Below are positions 6,420-16,472 of a DNA stretch of 47,853 nucleotides, piece after piece (position 1 is the stretch's first letter; each line of letters begins with the position of its first letter). The DNA lies in assembly GCA_020446005.1 (NCBI GenBank), contig JAGRFO010000042.1, positions 1 to 47,853 on the forward strand, in the 5' to 3' direction. This DNA is from Rhodocyclaceae bacterium. GTDB lineage: Bacteria > Pseudomonadota > Gammaproteobacteria > Burkholderiales > Rhodocyclaceae. The notes under the pieces were generated by a model. That model was not told where the DNA came from, ran no database searches, and saw nothing but the letters and a program-made list of their open reading frames with translations. Made by a program: the position numbers and the translations under genes.

Positions 6420-9062
6420 ATGGCCGTGGGGGGGTCGATCCGGCGCGTGACCCTGCGCACCCGACTGCTGCTGAGCGTGCTCGGGGTGGGGGTGTTGCTG
6501 GCGGCGCTGCTGGTGGTGGCGAGCAACATCGTGACCGGCGCCTCGGCGCGTTCCTACGCCGCGCTGACCAAAGAGGCGCTGCCGCTGGCGGAATTGCACG
6601 GCCTGCAATCTCACCTGAACCGAATTCGCATCATCGAGATCGAGTTGCCGCAGATGCGCGAGTTCTTCTCCGTCACCACCCAACTGGAGACGCTGGAGAT
6701 CGAGCGCGCCGCCTTCGGCAAGGCGCTGGGGGCTTTTCTGGGCAATGCGCCGGTCGCGCGCGAGGTGGCCGTGTTGTTGCGGGGGCAGTGGGAGCGCTAC
6801 AGCGCCAACCTCGACGTGGTGGTCATCCATGGCATGCAGATGGACATGGAGGAGGTGGCGCGGGTCTCAGCGTATGAATCGACTGCGCGCTTCAAGACCA
6901 TCTCGCAGGCGCTGGAGGACATCGCGACCCAGACCGAGACTGCCGCACGGGTCGAATTCGACCGAACCGCGCAGGCCCATCGGGCGCAGATGCAGGTCTT
7001 CATCCTGGTGGCGGCCTTCGGGTTGATCGGCTTCGGGCTGTGGCTGGTGTGGTTGTGGCGGGCGCTGTTCGGGCGTTTGTTGTCGCTGCGCGATGCCGCC
7101 ATCCGGGTGGCCGACGGGCGCGTGGGCGAAGCGCTGCCGATCCGGGAAGGGGATGAACTGGCCGAGCTGGCGGCGGCCTTCAACGGGATGCAGGCGCGGG
7201 TGCAGGCGCGCGAACAGGCGCTGCGCGAGGCGCAGGATGCGCTGGAGATGCGGGTCAGGGTGCGCACCCGCGAGCTCAAGGACAGCAACCAGCGGCTGAG
7301 CGCCGAGGTGGCCGAACGTCAGCGCGCCGAGCATCAATTGCTGCTGCTGTTCAAGGCGGTCGAGCAAAGCCCGGTGGGGGTGATGATCACCGACACCGAC
7401 GGGGTGGTCGAGTACATCAACCCGATGATCCTCCAGATCAGCGGTTTTTCGGCGGGGGAGGTGCTCGGACGGCGCAGCCGCCTGTTCGACCCGGCGCTGA
7501 TGACCGAGCGCACGGTCGACGCGCTTTTCGCCGCCTTGCGCGATGGCCGGGACTGGGAAGGGGAGTTGCACATGCCGCACGCCGACGGCGGGCGCTACTG
7601 GGAGCATCTGCATCTCTCGCCGGTGATCGATACCGGCGGCGCGATCACCCACTTCGTGGCGGTGCGCGAGGACATCAGCGAGCGCAAGGCGCAAGAGGCG
7701 GAGATGCTCTACCGCGCCCATCACGACGCGCTCACCGACCTGCCCAATCGCGCGCTGGCCGTCGACCGCCTCAATCAGGCGCTGCGGCACGCCGAGCGGC
7801 AGGGCGCGGTGGTGGCCTTGCTGTTCATCGACATGGACAACTTCAAGACGGTCAACGACACCCTCGGGCACGAGGCCGGCGATGCGCTGCTGGTGGCCGC
7901 TGGTCAGCGCATTCGCGCCGTGCTGCGTGGCGACGACACGGTGGCCCGCCACGGTGGTGACGAGTTTCTGGTGATTCTCACCGACGCCGGCTCGGCGGCA
8001 CAGGTTGGCGGCGTCGCCCAAACCATCCTGCAGGCCTTCGGCCAGCCTTTCGACATCGACGGCGCGGAGGTCTTCGTCACCCTCAGCATTGGCGCCACGT
8101 TGTACCCCGACGATGGCGCCAATGTCAGCGCACTGCTGCGCAATGCCGATCTGGCGATGTACGAAGCCAAGGACGTGGGGCGCAACAGCTGCCGCTTCTT
8201 CAACCCCGCCCTGCACGAGACCACCCGCGCGCGGATGGAGATCGAAAGCTGCCTGCGCGGCGCCCTGGCGCGCGGCGAGTTCCATCTGGTGTTCCAGCCG
8301 GTGATGCGGGCCGACAGCGGCCGCATCGTCGGGGCCGAAGCGCTGCTGCGCTGGAATTCGCCAACGCTCGGCGCGGTGCCGCCGGACCGCTTCATCGACA
8401 TCGCCGAGCGCACCGGCCTGATCGTGGCGATCGGCGACTGGGTGCTGGAGGAGGCCTGCCGGCAGGCCGGACACTGGCAGCGCAGCGTGGCGCCGGGCTT
8501 TCGCATCTCGGTCAATGTCTCGCCGCGTCAGTTCCGCGCCAGCGCCTTTGCGCAGCGCGTGGCGGCGGTGCTGGCGCGCAACGGCATGAGCGCCAACTCG
8601 CTGATCGTGGAGGTCACCGAGGGCTTGCTGTTGCAGAACCACGCCGAGGTGCGGGCGGTGTTCGACCAGCTCATCGCCCTCGGTGTGCGCATGGAGATGG
8701 ACGATTTTGGCACCGGCTATTCCTCCCTCAGCTACCTCAAACACTTCCCCTTCAACGCGGTCAAGATCGACCGCGAGTTCGTGCGCGACGTGGCGGTCGA
8801 CCCCGACGACCGGGTGCTGGTCGATACCGTCATTCGGATGGGCAAGAGCCTCGGCCTGTCGGTGATCGCCGAAGGGGTCGAAACCGCCGAACAGCTCGAC
8901 ATCCTGCGCGCGCTCGGTTGCGACCTGCTGCAGGGCTACTACTTCAGCCGGCCCGTCACCGCCGAGGTGCTCTCCGGCGTGCTGGCGGAAACCGCCACCC
9001 TGCCACCTGCGCCGATCGCATCCGCCGACGCGCCAGCGCTCGTGCAGCGCATCTCGAGCTGA
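6420..9062 (+). CDS. Membrane-anchored diguanylate cyclase/phosphodiesterase (TM-periplasmic helical domain-TM-HAMP-PAS-GGDEF-EAL)
   Basis: Two hydrophobic segments; HAMP (GDELAELAAAFNGM); PAS/PAC (VEQSPVGVMITD...EDISERK); HDALTDLPNR, RGDD I-site, GGDEF; EALLRW, DDFGTGYSS, KID, EGVE, QGY. Confidence 0.93.
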   Translation: MAVGGSIRRVTLRTRLLLSVLGVGVLLAALLVVASNIVTGASARSYAALTKEALPLAELHGLQSHLNRIRIIEIELPQMREFFSVTTQLETLEIERAAFGKALGAFLGNAPVAREVAVLLRGQWERYSANLDVVVIHGMQMDMEEVARVSAYESTARFKTISQALEDIATQTETAARVEFDRTAQAHRAQMQVFILVAAFGLIGFGLWLVWLWRALFGRLLSLRDAAIRVADGRVGEALPIREGDELAELAAAFNGMQARVQAREQALREAQDALEMRVRVRTRELKDSNQRLSAEVAERQRAEHQLLLLFKAVEQSPVGVMITDTDGVVEYINPMILQISGFSAGEVLGRRSRLFDPALMTERTVDALFAALRDGRDWEGELHMPHADGGRYWEHLHLSPVIDTGGAITHFVAVREDISERKAQEAEMLYRAHHDALTDLPNRALAVDRLNQALRHAERQGAVVALLFIDMDNFKTVNDTLGHEAGDALLVAAGQRIRAVLRGDDTVARHGGDEFLVILTDAGSAAQVGGVAQTILQAFGQPFDIDGAEVFVTLSIGATLYPDDGANVSALLRNADLAMYEAKDVGRNSCRFFNPALHETTRARMEIESCLRGALARGEFHLVFQPVMRADSGRIVGAEALLRWNSPTLGAVPPDRFIDIAERTGLIVAIGDWVLEEACRQAGHWQRSVAPGFRISVNVSPRQFRASAFAQRVAAVLARNGMSANSLIVEVTEGLLLQNHAEVRAVFDQLIALGVRMEMDDFGTGYSSLSYLKHFPFNAVKIDREFVRDVAVDPDDRVLVDTVIRMGKSLGLSVIAEGVETAEQLDILRALGCDLLQGYYFSRPVTAEVLSGVLAETATLPPAPIASADAPALVQRISS

Positions 9063-9077
9063 GGTCCGGATGGCCGC

Positions 9078-9106
9078 TTGACAGCGCATGATCCGGCAAC
9101 TAAATT
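9078..9106 (+). promoter_or_regulatory. Sigma70 promoter of the tetR-efflux operon
   Basis: TTGACA (9078-9083), 17-bp spacer, TAAATT (9101-9106). Confidence 0.75.
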
Positions 9107-9124
9107 ACCGACCAGTCAGTAATT
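9103..9124. promoter_or_regulatory. Inverted repeat, candidate TetR operator
   Basis: AATTACCGACC/AGTCAGTAATT near-palindrome (2 mismatches) overlapping the -10 element. Confidence 0.7.
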
Positions 9125-9178
9125 AACAAATCACCCGCGGCCGCCTGTCGCCGTGCCGCAGGGGGAGAAGGACAGGTC

Positions 9179-9838
9179 ATGACCGCCGCCGATCAGACGC
9201 AACCCGCCCCGCCCCGCCGTCGCCGAAAGGAAGCGCGCCCGCAGGAGCTCACCGCCGCAGCGCTGTCGCTGTTCGTCGAAAAAGGCTTCGCCGCCACCCG
9301 GCTGGACGAGGTCGCGGCCCGCGCGGGCGTCTCCAAAGGCACGCTGTACCTGTATTTCGACAGCAAGGAGGCGCTCTTCATGGCGGTCATCCGCGAAGGC
9401 GTGCTGCCGGTGCTGGAAGAGGGCCGCAAGCTGCTGACGACCTGCGCGGACGACCCGGTGCGGATGCTGCGCGAGTACCTGTTTGGCTGGTGGGCGCTGA
9501 TCGGCAGCACCGAACTGGGCGGCATTCCCAAGTTGATGACCTCCGAGGCGCAGAACTTTCCCGGAGTGGCCGACTACTACCTCAAGAACGTCATCACCCC
9601 GGGCAAGGCGATGATGCGCGAGATTCTCGACCGCGGCATTGCCGCCGGCGTATTCCGCCCCATCGACACCCCCACCGCCACCCAGATCCTGATGGCGCCG
9701 CTACTCCATCTGGCGCTGTGGCGGCATTCCTTCGCGGTGTGCTGCCAGGTGCCGGACATGGACCCGAACGCCTACCTCGAGTGCTACTTCGACCTGATCC
9801 TCAAGGGGCTCAGCCCGCAATCGGGAGGGCGCGCGTGA
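9179..9838 (+). CDS. TetR/AcrR-family transcriptional regulator
   Basis: AALSLFVEKGFAATRLDEVAARAGVSKGTLYLYFDSKEALF HTH. Confidence 0.95.
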   Translation: MTAADQTQPAPPRRRRKEARPQELTAAALSLFVEKGFAATRLDEVAARAGVSKGTLYLYFDSKEALFMAVIREGVLPVLEEGRKLLTTCADDPVRMLREYLFGWWALIGSTELGGIPKLMTSEAQNFPGVADYYLKNVITPGKAMMREILDRGIAAGVFRPIDTPTATQILMAPLLHLALWRHSFAVCCQVPDMDPNAYLECYFDLILKGLSPQSGGRA

Positions 9839-10926
9839 TGCGACTTTCCATCGTAATGCCGGTTCTGGCCGCCGCCGCGTTGGCCGCCTGCTCGGCCCCC
9901 GACGCGCCGCCGGCGCAAGTGCCAGCGGTGCTGGTGCACACCGTCGGTGAGGTGGTCGCGCCGGCGGGACGCTACTTTACTGGCGAGATCGTCCCGCGCC
10001 ATGCCTCGGCGCTCGGCTTCCGGGTCGGCGGCAAACTGCTGACGCGCGAGGCCGACGTCGGTGCGGTGGTGAAAAAAGGGGATGCGCTGGCGCGGCTCGA
10101 CGCCGCCGACATGCGCCTTGGGGCCAGCGCGGCGCAGGCCCAGCGCGCGGCGGCGCAGTCCGATCTGGCGCTGGCGCGGGCCGAGCTGGCGCGGGTGCAG
10201 GCGCTGCGGGCGCGCAATTTCGTCAGCGATTCGGTGGTCGACCAGCAGCGCACCGCGATGGAAGCCGCCGCCGCGCGCTTCAGGCAGGCGCAGGCGCAGG
10301 CCGCGCTGGCCGGCAACCAGACCGACTACGCCACACTGACGGCCGACGCCGACGGCGTGATCACCGCGGTGGCGGCTGAGCCGGGGCAGGTGCTGGCCGC
10401 CGGCCAGCCGGTGCTGACGCTGGCCCATGAGGGCGAGCGCGAGGTGCGCATCAACGTGCCCGAAGGCGTGGCGGTGGCGGTGGGCGATCCGGCCCAGGTG
10501 CGCCTGTGGGCGGATCGGGACACGATCTTCGATGCGGTGGTGCGCGAGGTGGCGCCGGCGGCCGACGCGGCGACCCGGACCTTCACGGTCAAGGTCACGG
10601 TGCAGGGCGCGGCGCAGGCCGTGCCGCTGGGCGCGACCGCCACCGTGGCGCTGGCCGGCGGCGACGTGCACGGCGTGCTGTTGCCCTTGCGGGCGGTCGG
10701 CGAGCGCGATGGCGCGACGGTGGTGTGGCGCTACGACCCGGCGGCCGGCACGGTGTCGCCGGTGGCGGTGACGGTGGCGCAATTCAGCGAAGCCGGTGCG
10801 CAGGTGGCGGAGGGCATCGACGCCGGCGCGCAGGTGGTGGTGGCGGGCATCCATCTGCTCCAGCCAGGGCAGGCGGTGCGCGCCGTGCCGGCAAGTGCGC
10901 CGGTATCGCTGGATGCCGGTCGATGA
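9838..10926 (+). CDS. RND efflux periplasmic adaptor (membrane fusion lipoprotein), MexJ-like
   Basis: ATG overlaps the tetR stop (TGATG); LAAC lipobox; LGFRVGGK, LTADADGVI, ADAATRTF. Confidence 0.92.
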   Translation: MRLSIVMPVLAAAALAACSAPDAPPAQVPAVLVHTVGEVVAPAGRYFTGEIVPRHASALGFRVGGKLLTREADVGAVVKKGDALARLDAADMRLGASAAQAQRAAAQSDLALARAELARVQALRARNFVSDSVVDQQRTAMEAAAARFRQAQAQAALAGNQTDYATLTADADGVITAVAAEPGQVLAAGQPVLTLAHEGEREVRINVPEGVAVAVGDPAQVRLWADRDTIFDAVVREVAPAADAATRTFTVKVTVQGAAQAVPLGATATVALAGGDVHGVLLPLRAVGERDGATVVWRYDPAAGTVSPVAVTVAQFSEAGAQVAEGIDAGAQVVVAGIHLLQPGQAVRAVPASAPVSLDAGR

Positions 10927-13900
10927 GCCGCTTCAACATCTCCGAATGGGGCCTGCGCCACCCTGCGCTGGTGCTCTACCTGTTGATCGTGCTGACCGCG
11001 ATCGGCCTGTTCGCCTTCAAGGGGCTGGGGCAGTCGGAAGACCCGCCGTTCACCTTCAAGGTGATGGTGGTGCGCGCCGAGTGGCCGGGCGCGACCGCGC
11101 GCGAAGTGGCCGAGCAGGTGACCGACAAGCTGGAGAAAAGGCTGCAGGAGATCGCCCAGGTCGACACCATCCGCAGCTACTCCAAGCCCGGCGAGGTGCT
11201 GATCTTCTTTGAGGTCAAGGACTCGACGCCGGCCGATGAAATGGAAGGCATCTGGTATCAGGTGCGCAAGAAAATCGGCGACATCCGCCACACCCTGCCG
11301 GCCGGGGTGGTCGGGCTGGGGTTCAACGACGAGTTCGGCGACACCTTCGGCAACGTGTTTGCCCTGCTCGGCGAGGGGCTGAGTTACGCCGAGCTCAAGC
11401 GTTATGGCGAGGCGGTGCGCGCCGAGTTGCTGCGCGTGCCCGACGTGGCCAAGGTGAGCTTTATCGGCGAGCAGGCCGAGCGAGTGTTCATCGAGCTGTC
11501 CAACACCAAGCTGGCGACCTTCAGTCTGAGTCTGGCGGACGTGACCGGGGCGCTGGCGCAGCAAAACGCGCAGGCCGAGGCGGGCTTTTTCGACACCGCG
11601 CAAGAGCGCATCTACCTGCGCCCCGACGGCGCCTACGCCGACCTCGACGCGCTGCGCGACACGGTAATCCGCGCCGGCGGGCGCAGTTTCCGCCTCGGCG
11701 ATGTGGCCGACATCCGGCGCGGCTTCGAGGACCCGCCCGCCGACCAGATGCGCTTCATGGGGCGCGAGGCGCTCGGCGTCGGGGTGTCGATGCGCGCCGG
11801 CGGCGACATCATCGCGCTGGGTCGGCATCTGGACGAAGCGGTGGCGCGCATCGAGGCACAGCTGCCGGTGGGGGTCGAGCTGGCGCGGGTGGCCGATCAG
11901 CCGCGCGCGGTGCAGCGCTCGGTCAACGAGTTCGTCCAGGCGCTGACCGAGGCGGTGCTGATCGTGCTGGCGGTGAGCCTGCTCAGCCTCGGCCTGCGCA
12001 CCGGCATCGTGGTGGCGGTGACCATCCCGGTGGTGCTGGCGATCACCTTCCTGTTGATGAAGGTCCTCGGCATCGGCCTGCACAAGATCTCGCTTGGCGC
12101 GCTGATCCTCGCGCTCGGCCTGCTGGTGGACGACGCGATCATCGCGGTCGAGATGATGGCGACCAAAATGGAGCAGGGCTGGGATCGCGTCAAGGCGGCG
12201 AGCTTTGCCTACACCTCGACGGCCAAGCCGATGTTGTCGGGCACCCTGGTGACCGCGGCGGGCTTTCTGCCGATTGCCACTGCGGCGTCGAGCACCGGCG
12301 AGTACACCCGCTCGATCTTTCAGGTGACGGTGATCGCGCTGCTCATTTCGTGGATCGCGGCGGTGCTGTTCGTGCCCTATCTGGGCCATCACCTGCTGCC
12401 CGATTTCCGCAAGCAAAAGCAGCAGCCGGGGTGGCTGGCCCGTGCGCTCGGCCGCCTGTGGCCGGCGGCCGGTCGGCGGATGAGCGTTCAGCCATCGCAG
12501 CACGACGAACACGCGATCTATCACACCGCGTTCTACAACCGTTTCCGCCGCGTGGTGAACGCCTGCGTGGCGCATCGCTGGTGGGTGATCGCGATCACGC
12601 TGGCGGTGTTCGCCGGGTCGATCGCGGCCTTTCGCTACGTGCCGCAGCAGTTCTTTCCTGATTCGACCCGGCCGGAGTTGCTGGTCGAGCTGGAACTGCC
12701 GGAAGGCGCCTCGCACGCCGCCACCGAGCGCGCGGTCAAGTCGCTCGAAAGGGTGCTCGACACCGCGCCGGGGATCGAGAACTACGTGGCCTACGTCGGC
12801 GCCGGCAGCCCGCGCTTTTACCTGCCGCTGGACCAGAAGCTGGCGCAGCCCAACTTCGCCCAGTTCGTGATTCTCACCGAGGGCAGCGAGGCGCGCGAAG
12901 CCCTGCGCCAGCAACTCATCGACCACTACGCCGGGCGCGCGGGCGACACCCTGGCGGTGATCAAGCGGCTCGAAAATGGCCCGCCGGTTGGTTATCCGGT
13001 GCAGTACCGGGTCAGCGGGCCGGACTTCGCGCAACTGCGCGCGATCGCCCGCCAGGCGGCCGACGCGATGCGCGCCAATGCGCAGCTCTCCAATGTGCAT
13101 CTGGACTGGGAGGAGGCCTCGAAGGTGGTGCATTTGCGCATCGATCAGGACAAAGCGCGCCTGCTCGGCCTGTCGTCGGCGCAGATCGCCGGCTTCCTCA
13201 ACACCTCGCTCCACGGGATGCCGGTGACCGAATTGCGTGAAGGCACCGAGACCATCAGCGTGCGTCTGCGCGGCGCGCAGGCCGAGCGCACGCGGCTGTC
13301 GCTGCTCACCGACCTGGCGATTCCGGTGGCCGGCGGGCGGAGCGTGCCGCTGGGGCAGGTGCTGACCCCGGAATACGGCTTCGAGGATGGGGTGATCTGG
13401 CGACGCAACCGCGTGCCGACGGTGACCGTGCGCGCCACGCTGTACGGCAGCGTGCAGCCGGCTCAGGTGGTCGGCCAGCTGGCGCCGCAGATGGCGGCGA
13501 TCGGCGCGGCGCTGCCGCTGGGCTATCGGCTGGAGGTGGGCGGCGCGGTCGAGGAGAGCGCGCAGGGCGGCGCGTCCGTCGCCGCCGGCATGCCGCTGTT
13601 CCTGGTGGTGGTGGTGACGGTGCTGATGATCCAGTTGCAGAGCTTCTCGCGCGTGGCGATGGTGCTGCTCACCGCGCCGCTGGGGATCATCGGGGTGACC
13701 GCCTCGCTGCTCCTGTTCAACAAGCCCTTCGGCTTCGTGGCGATGCTCGGCACCATCGCGCTGTCGGGGATGATCATGCGCAATTCGGTGATCCTGGTCG
13801 ACCAGATTCGACAGGACCGGGCCGAGGGGCGCTCCCCGTGGTCGGCGATCGTCGAGTCCACCGTGCGCCGCTTCCGGCCGATCATGCTCACCGCGGCGGC

Positions 13901-14087
13901 GGCCATTCTGGCCATGATCCCGCTCACCCGCAGCGCCTTCTTCGGCCCGATGGCGGTGGCGATCATGGGCGGGCTGACGGTGGCCACCGCGCTGACCCTG
14001 ATCTTCCTGCCGGCGCTCTATGCCGCGTGGTACCGGGTGGCCCCGGATGCGCCCGCGGACGCCGACGGTACGCGGCAACTGGGTTAG
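10923..14087 (+). CDS. RND efflux permease (AcrB/AcrD/AcrF family), MexK-like
   Basis: ATGA overlap; MSRFNISEWGL, LGQSEDPPFTFK, GLLVDDAII proton-relay motif, RRFRPIMLT. 1054 aa. Confidence 0.95.
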   Translation: MSRFNISEWGLRHPALVLYLLIVLTAIGLFAFKGLGQSEDPPFTFKVMVVRAEWPGATAREVAEQVTDKLEKRLQEIAQVDTIRSYSKPGEVLIFFEVKDSTPADEMEGIWYQVRKKIGDIRHTLPAGVVGLGFNDEFGDTFGNVFALLGEGLSYAELKRYGEAVRAELLRVPDVAKVSFIGEQAERVFIELSNTKLATFSLSLADVTGALAQQNAQAEAGFFDTAQERIYLRPDGAYADLDALRDTVIRAGGRSFRLGDVADIRRGFEDPPADQMRFMGREALGVGVSMRAGGDIIALGRHLDEAVARIEAQLPVGVELARVADQPRAVQRSVNEFVQALTEAVLIVLAVSLLSLGLRTGIVVAVTIPVVLAITFLLMKVLGIGLHKISLGALILALGLLVDDAIIAVEMMATKMEQGWDRVKAASFAYTSTAKPMLSGTLVTAAGFLPIATAASSTGEYTRSIFQVTVIALLISWIAAVLFVPYLGHHLLPDFRKQKQQPGWLARALGRLWPAAGRRMSVQPSQHDEHAIYHTAFYNRFRRVVNACVAHRWWVIAITLAVFAGSIAAFRYVPQQFFPDSTRPELLVELELPEGASHAATERAVKSLERVLDTAPGIENYVAYVGAGSPRFYLPLDQKLAQPNFAQFVILTEGSEAREALRQQLIDHYAGRAGDTLAVIKRLENGPPVGYPVQYRVSGPDFAQLRAIARQAADAMRANAQLSNVHLDWEEASKVVHLRIDQDKARLLGLSSAQIAGFLNTSLHGMPVTELREGTETISVRLRGAQAERTRLSLLTDLAIPVAGGRSVPLGQVLTPEYGFEDGVIWRRNRVPTVTVRATLYGSVQPAQVVGQLAPQMAAIGAALPLGYRLEVGGAVEESAQGGASVAAGMPLFLVVVVTVLMIQLQSFSRVAMVLLTAPLGIIGVTASLLLFNKPFGFVAMLGTIALSGMIMRNSVILVDQIRQDRAEGRSPWSAIVESTVRRFRPIMLTAAAAILAMIPLTRSAFFGPMAVAIMGGLTVATALTLIFLPALYAAWYRVAPDAPADADGTRQLG

Positions 14088-14150
14088 AATGGCCAAGTTT
14101 TTGCATTCATGTAAATTAGCGTATTCTTATATTTAGACCAGGAGCCGAGA

Positions 14151-14804
14151 ATGGACTTTGAGCGCGCGCGTTTCAATATGGTTGAGCAGCAGGTTCGCCC
14201 GTGGGAGGTGCTGGATCAGGACGTCCTCGAGTCGATGATGACGGTCAAGCGCGAGGAGTTCGTGCCGGCCAAGTTCCGCTCGCTGGCCTTTTCCGAAGCC
14301 GAGATCCCCATCGGCGGCGGGCAGATCATGCTCACCCCGGTGATCGAGGGCAAAATGCTGCAGGCGCTGCAGGTCAGGAAGACCGACTCGGTGCTCGAAA
14401 TCGGCGCCGGCTCGGGCTATTTCGCGGCCCTGCTGGCGGCCCGCGCGGACTGGGTGCGCAGCATCGAGATCGATCCCGCGCTGGCCGAGGTGGCGGCCGC
14501 CAATCTCAAGGCCGCGGGTGTCGAGAACGTGATCGTCGAGCAGGGCGATGGCGCTGACGGCTGGGCCGCCAACGCACCCTATGACGTGATCGTGGTCTCC
14601 GCCGGCATGCCGGTGCTGCCGCCGTCCTTCAAGTCCCAACTCGCGCTGGGCGGGCGCTTGCTGGCCTTCATCGGCGAAGCGCCGCTGATGGTCGCCCGGC
14701 TGGTGACCTGTGTCGGCGAAGGCGAGTACGAAACCGTCGATCTGTTCGAGAACGTGGTGCCGGCGCTGCGCAATGCCCGCCGCGTCGACGAGTTCCGCTT
14801 CTGA
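14151..14804 (+). CDS. pcm: Protein-L-isoaspartate O-methyltransferase family protein
   Basis: ARFNMVEQQVRPWEV, VLEIGAGSGY, APYDVI. AGGAG RBS and AT-rich upstream region. Confidence 0.88.
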   Translation: MDFERARFNMVEQQVRPWEVLDQDVLESMMTVKREEFVPAKFRSLAFSEAEIPIGGGQIMLTPVIEGKMLQALQVRKTDSVLEIGAGSGYFAALLAARADWVRSIEIDPALAEVAAANLKAAGVENVIVEQGDGADGWAANAPYDVIVVSAGMPVLPPSFKSQLALGGRLLAFIGEAPLMVARLVTCVGEGEYETVDLFENVVPALRNARRVDEFRF

Positions 14805-14814
14805 GACATTCCCG

Positions 14815-15135
14815 ATGCGCCAGATGCTGCCCACCGAACTGAAACAGCGCCTCGACGCCGACGCTGCGGCGCCCGTGCTGCTCGATGTGCGCGAGCCGTG
14901 GGAGTTCGACACCTGCCGGATCGAGGGCGCGGTGCTCATCCCGATGGCCAGCGTGCCGGCGCGGGTGGGCGAACTCGACCCGTCCGCCGAGACCGTGGTG
15001 ATCTGCCATCACGGCGGGCGCAGCATGCAGGTGGCGATGTTCCTCGAACAGCGCGGTTTTAGCCATGTCATCAATCTGGCCGGCGGGGTGGCGGCGTGGG
15101 CCGCGCAGGTCGACCCGGCGATGGCCCAGTATTGA
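14815..15135 (+). CDS. Single-domain rhodanese-like sulfurtransferase
   Basis: LLDVREPWE, CHHGGRS, NLAGGVAAW. Confidence 0.9.
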   Translation: MRQMLPTELKQRLDADAAAPVLLDVREPWEFDTCRIEGAVLIPMASVPARVGELDPSAETVVICHHGGRSMQVAMFLEQRGFSHVINLAGGVAAWAAQVDPAMAQY

Positions 15136-15161
15136 GTGACGTGGCCGCAACGGAGAATGGA

Positions 15162-16472
15162 ATGAAGCGCAGTCTGGTTCTGATTCTGGCCGGGATGTGG
15201 TCGGCCGCCGCGTGGAGCGCCGATCTGCTCTCGGTGTATCGCGACGCGGTGCAAAACGACGCGCAGTTCGCCGCCGCTCGCGCCAGCCGCGAGGCCGGGC
15301 AGGAGAAGACGATCCAGGGGCGCGCGGGGCTGCTGCCCGGCATCGGCCTGTCGGCCAGCACCGCCTGGAACGACAACACCTACACCGGCGTCGATCGCAG
15401 CTTCAACGCCAACGCTTATGGTGCCGAGCTGCGCCAGCCGCTGTTCAATCAGGCCAATTGGGCGCAGTACCGGCAGGGCCAGTTGCAGACCGCGTTAGCC
15501 GACGCGCAGTTTCAGGCCGCCCAGCAGGATCTGATCGTGCGTGTGGCGGAGCGCTATTTCGCGGTCCTCAATGCGCGCGATGGGGTTGCCGCGCTGAGCA
15601 CGTTGAAAGAAGCCGCGGCCAAGCAGCTCGAACTGGCGAAGAAGAGTTTCGAGGTCGGCACCGTGACGGTCACCGATGTGCATGAGGCGCAGTCGCGCTT
15701 CGACCTCTCCTCGGCGCAATTGATCGCCGCCGAAAACACCCTCGAAGTGGCCCGCCAGAGTCTGGCGCAGCTCACCGGCAACGCGCCCGAGGCGCTCAAT
15801 GGGCTGCGCGAGGGCGCCAGCCTCACCCGCCCGCAGCCGGACGACGTGGTGCAGTGGGTGGAGGCCGCGCGCCAGCACAGCTACGGCGTGCAGGTGCAGC
15901 AGCTCGCCGAGCGCATCGCCGATCGCGAAGTGTCGCGCAACCGGGCCGGCCACCTGCCGACGCTGGACGTAGTGGCGCGCTACAGCCAGAGCGATGCGGG
16001 CGGCAGCACGGTGAGTTCGGCGCGTTCGGAGACCACCGCGCGCAGCATCGGGCTGGAGCTGAACGTGCCGCTGTTTCAGGGCGGTTCGGTGTCGTCTCGC
16101 ACCCGCGAAGCGGCCGCCTTGCTGACCAAGGCCCAGGCCGATCTGGACGACGCGCAGCGCGCCGCTGCCTTGTCGGCGCGCCAGTCTTACCTCGGCGTCA
16201 CCAGTGGTCTGGCGCAGGTCAAGGCGCTGGAAGCGGCGCAGGTCTCGTCGCGTTCGGCGCTGGAGGCGAACCAGCTGGGCTATGAAGTCGGCGTGCGGAT
16301 CAACATCGACGTGCTCAACGCGCAAAGCCAGCTGGCTGACACCGAGCAGCAACTGGCCAAGGCGCGCTACGACACGCTGATCGCCCAGCTTCGGCTCAAG
16401 GCTGCCGCCGGTGCGCTGGGCGAAGACGATCTGGCACAGCTCAACGCCTTGCTCGATCGCCCGAGCAATTAA
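15162..16472 (+). CDS. tolC: TolC-family outer membrane channel
   Basis: Signal peptide AWS-ADLLSVY; LIVRVAERYF, AGHLPTLD, GYEVGVRINIDVLNAQ. pcm-rhodanese-tolC order. Confidence 0.92.
   Translation: MKRSLVLILAGMWSAAAWSADLLSVYRDAVQNDAQFAAARASREAGQEKTIQGRAGLLPGIGLSASTAWNDNTYTGVDRSFNANAYGAELRQPLFNQANWAQYRQGQLQTALADAQFQAAQQDLIVRVAERYFAVLNARDGVAALSTLKEAAAKQLELAKKSFEVGTVTVTDVHEAQSRFDLSSAQLIAAENTLEVARQSLAQLTGNAPEALNGLREGASLTRPQPDDVVQWVEAARQHSYGVQVQQLAERIADREVSRNRAGHLPTLDVVARYSQSDAGGSTVSSARSETTARSIGLELNVPLFQGGSVSSRTREAAALLTKAQADLDDAQRAAALSARQSYLGVTSGLAQVKALEAAQVSSRSALEANQLGYEVGVRINIDVLNAQSQLADTEQQLAKARYDTLIAQLRLKAAAGALGEDDLAQLNALLDRPSN

Noticed and set aside
4956-14096. Very long antisense ORFs (4956-6830, 6867-9089, 10731-14096)
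   Set aside because: Typical stop-poor shadows of high-GC3 genes. Arg/His/Gln-rich with no motifs.
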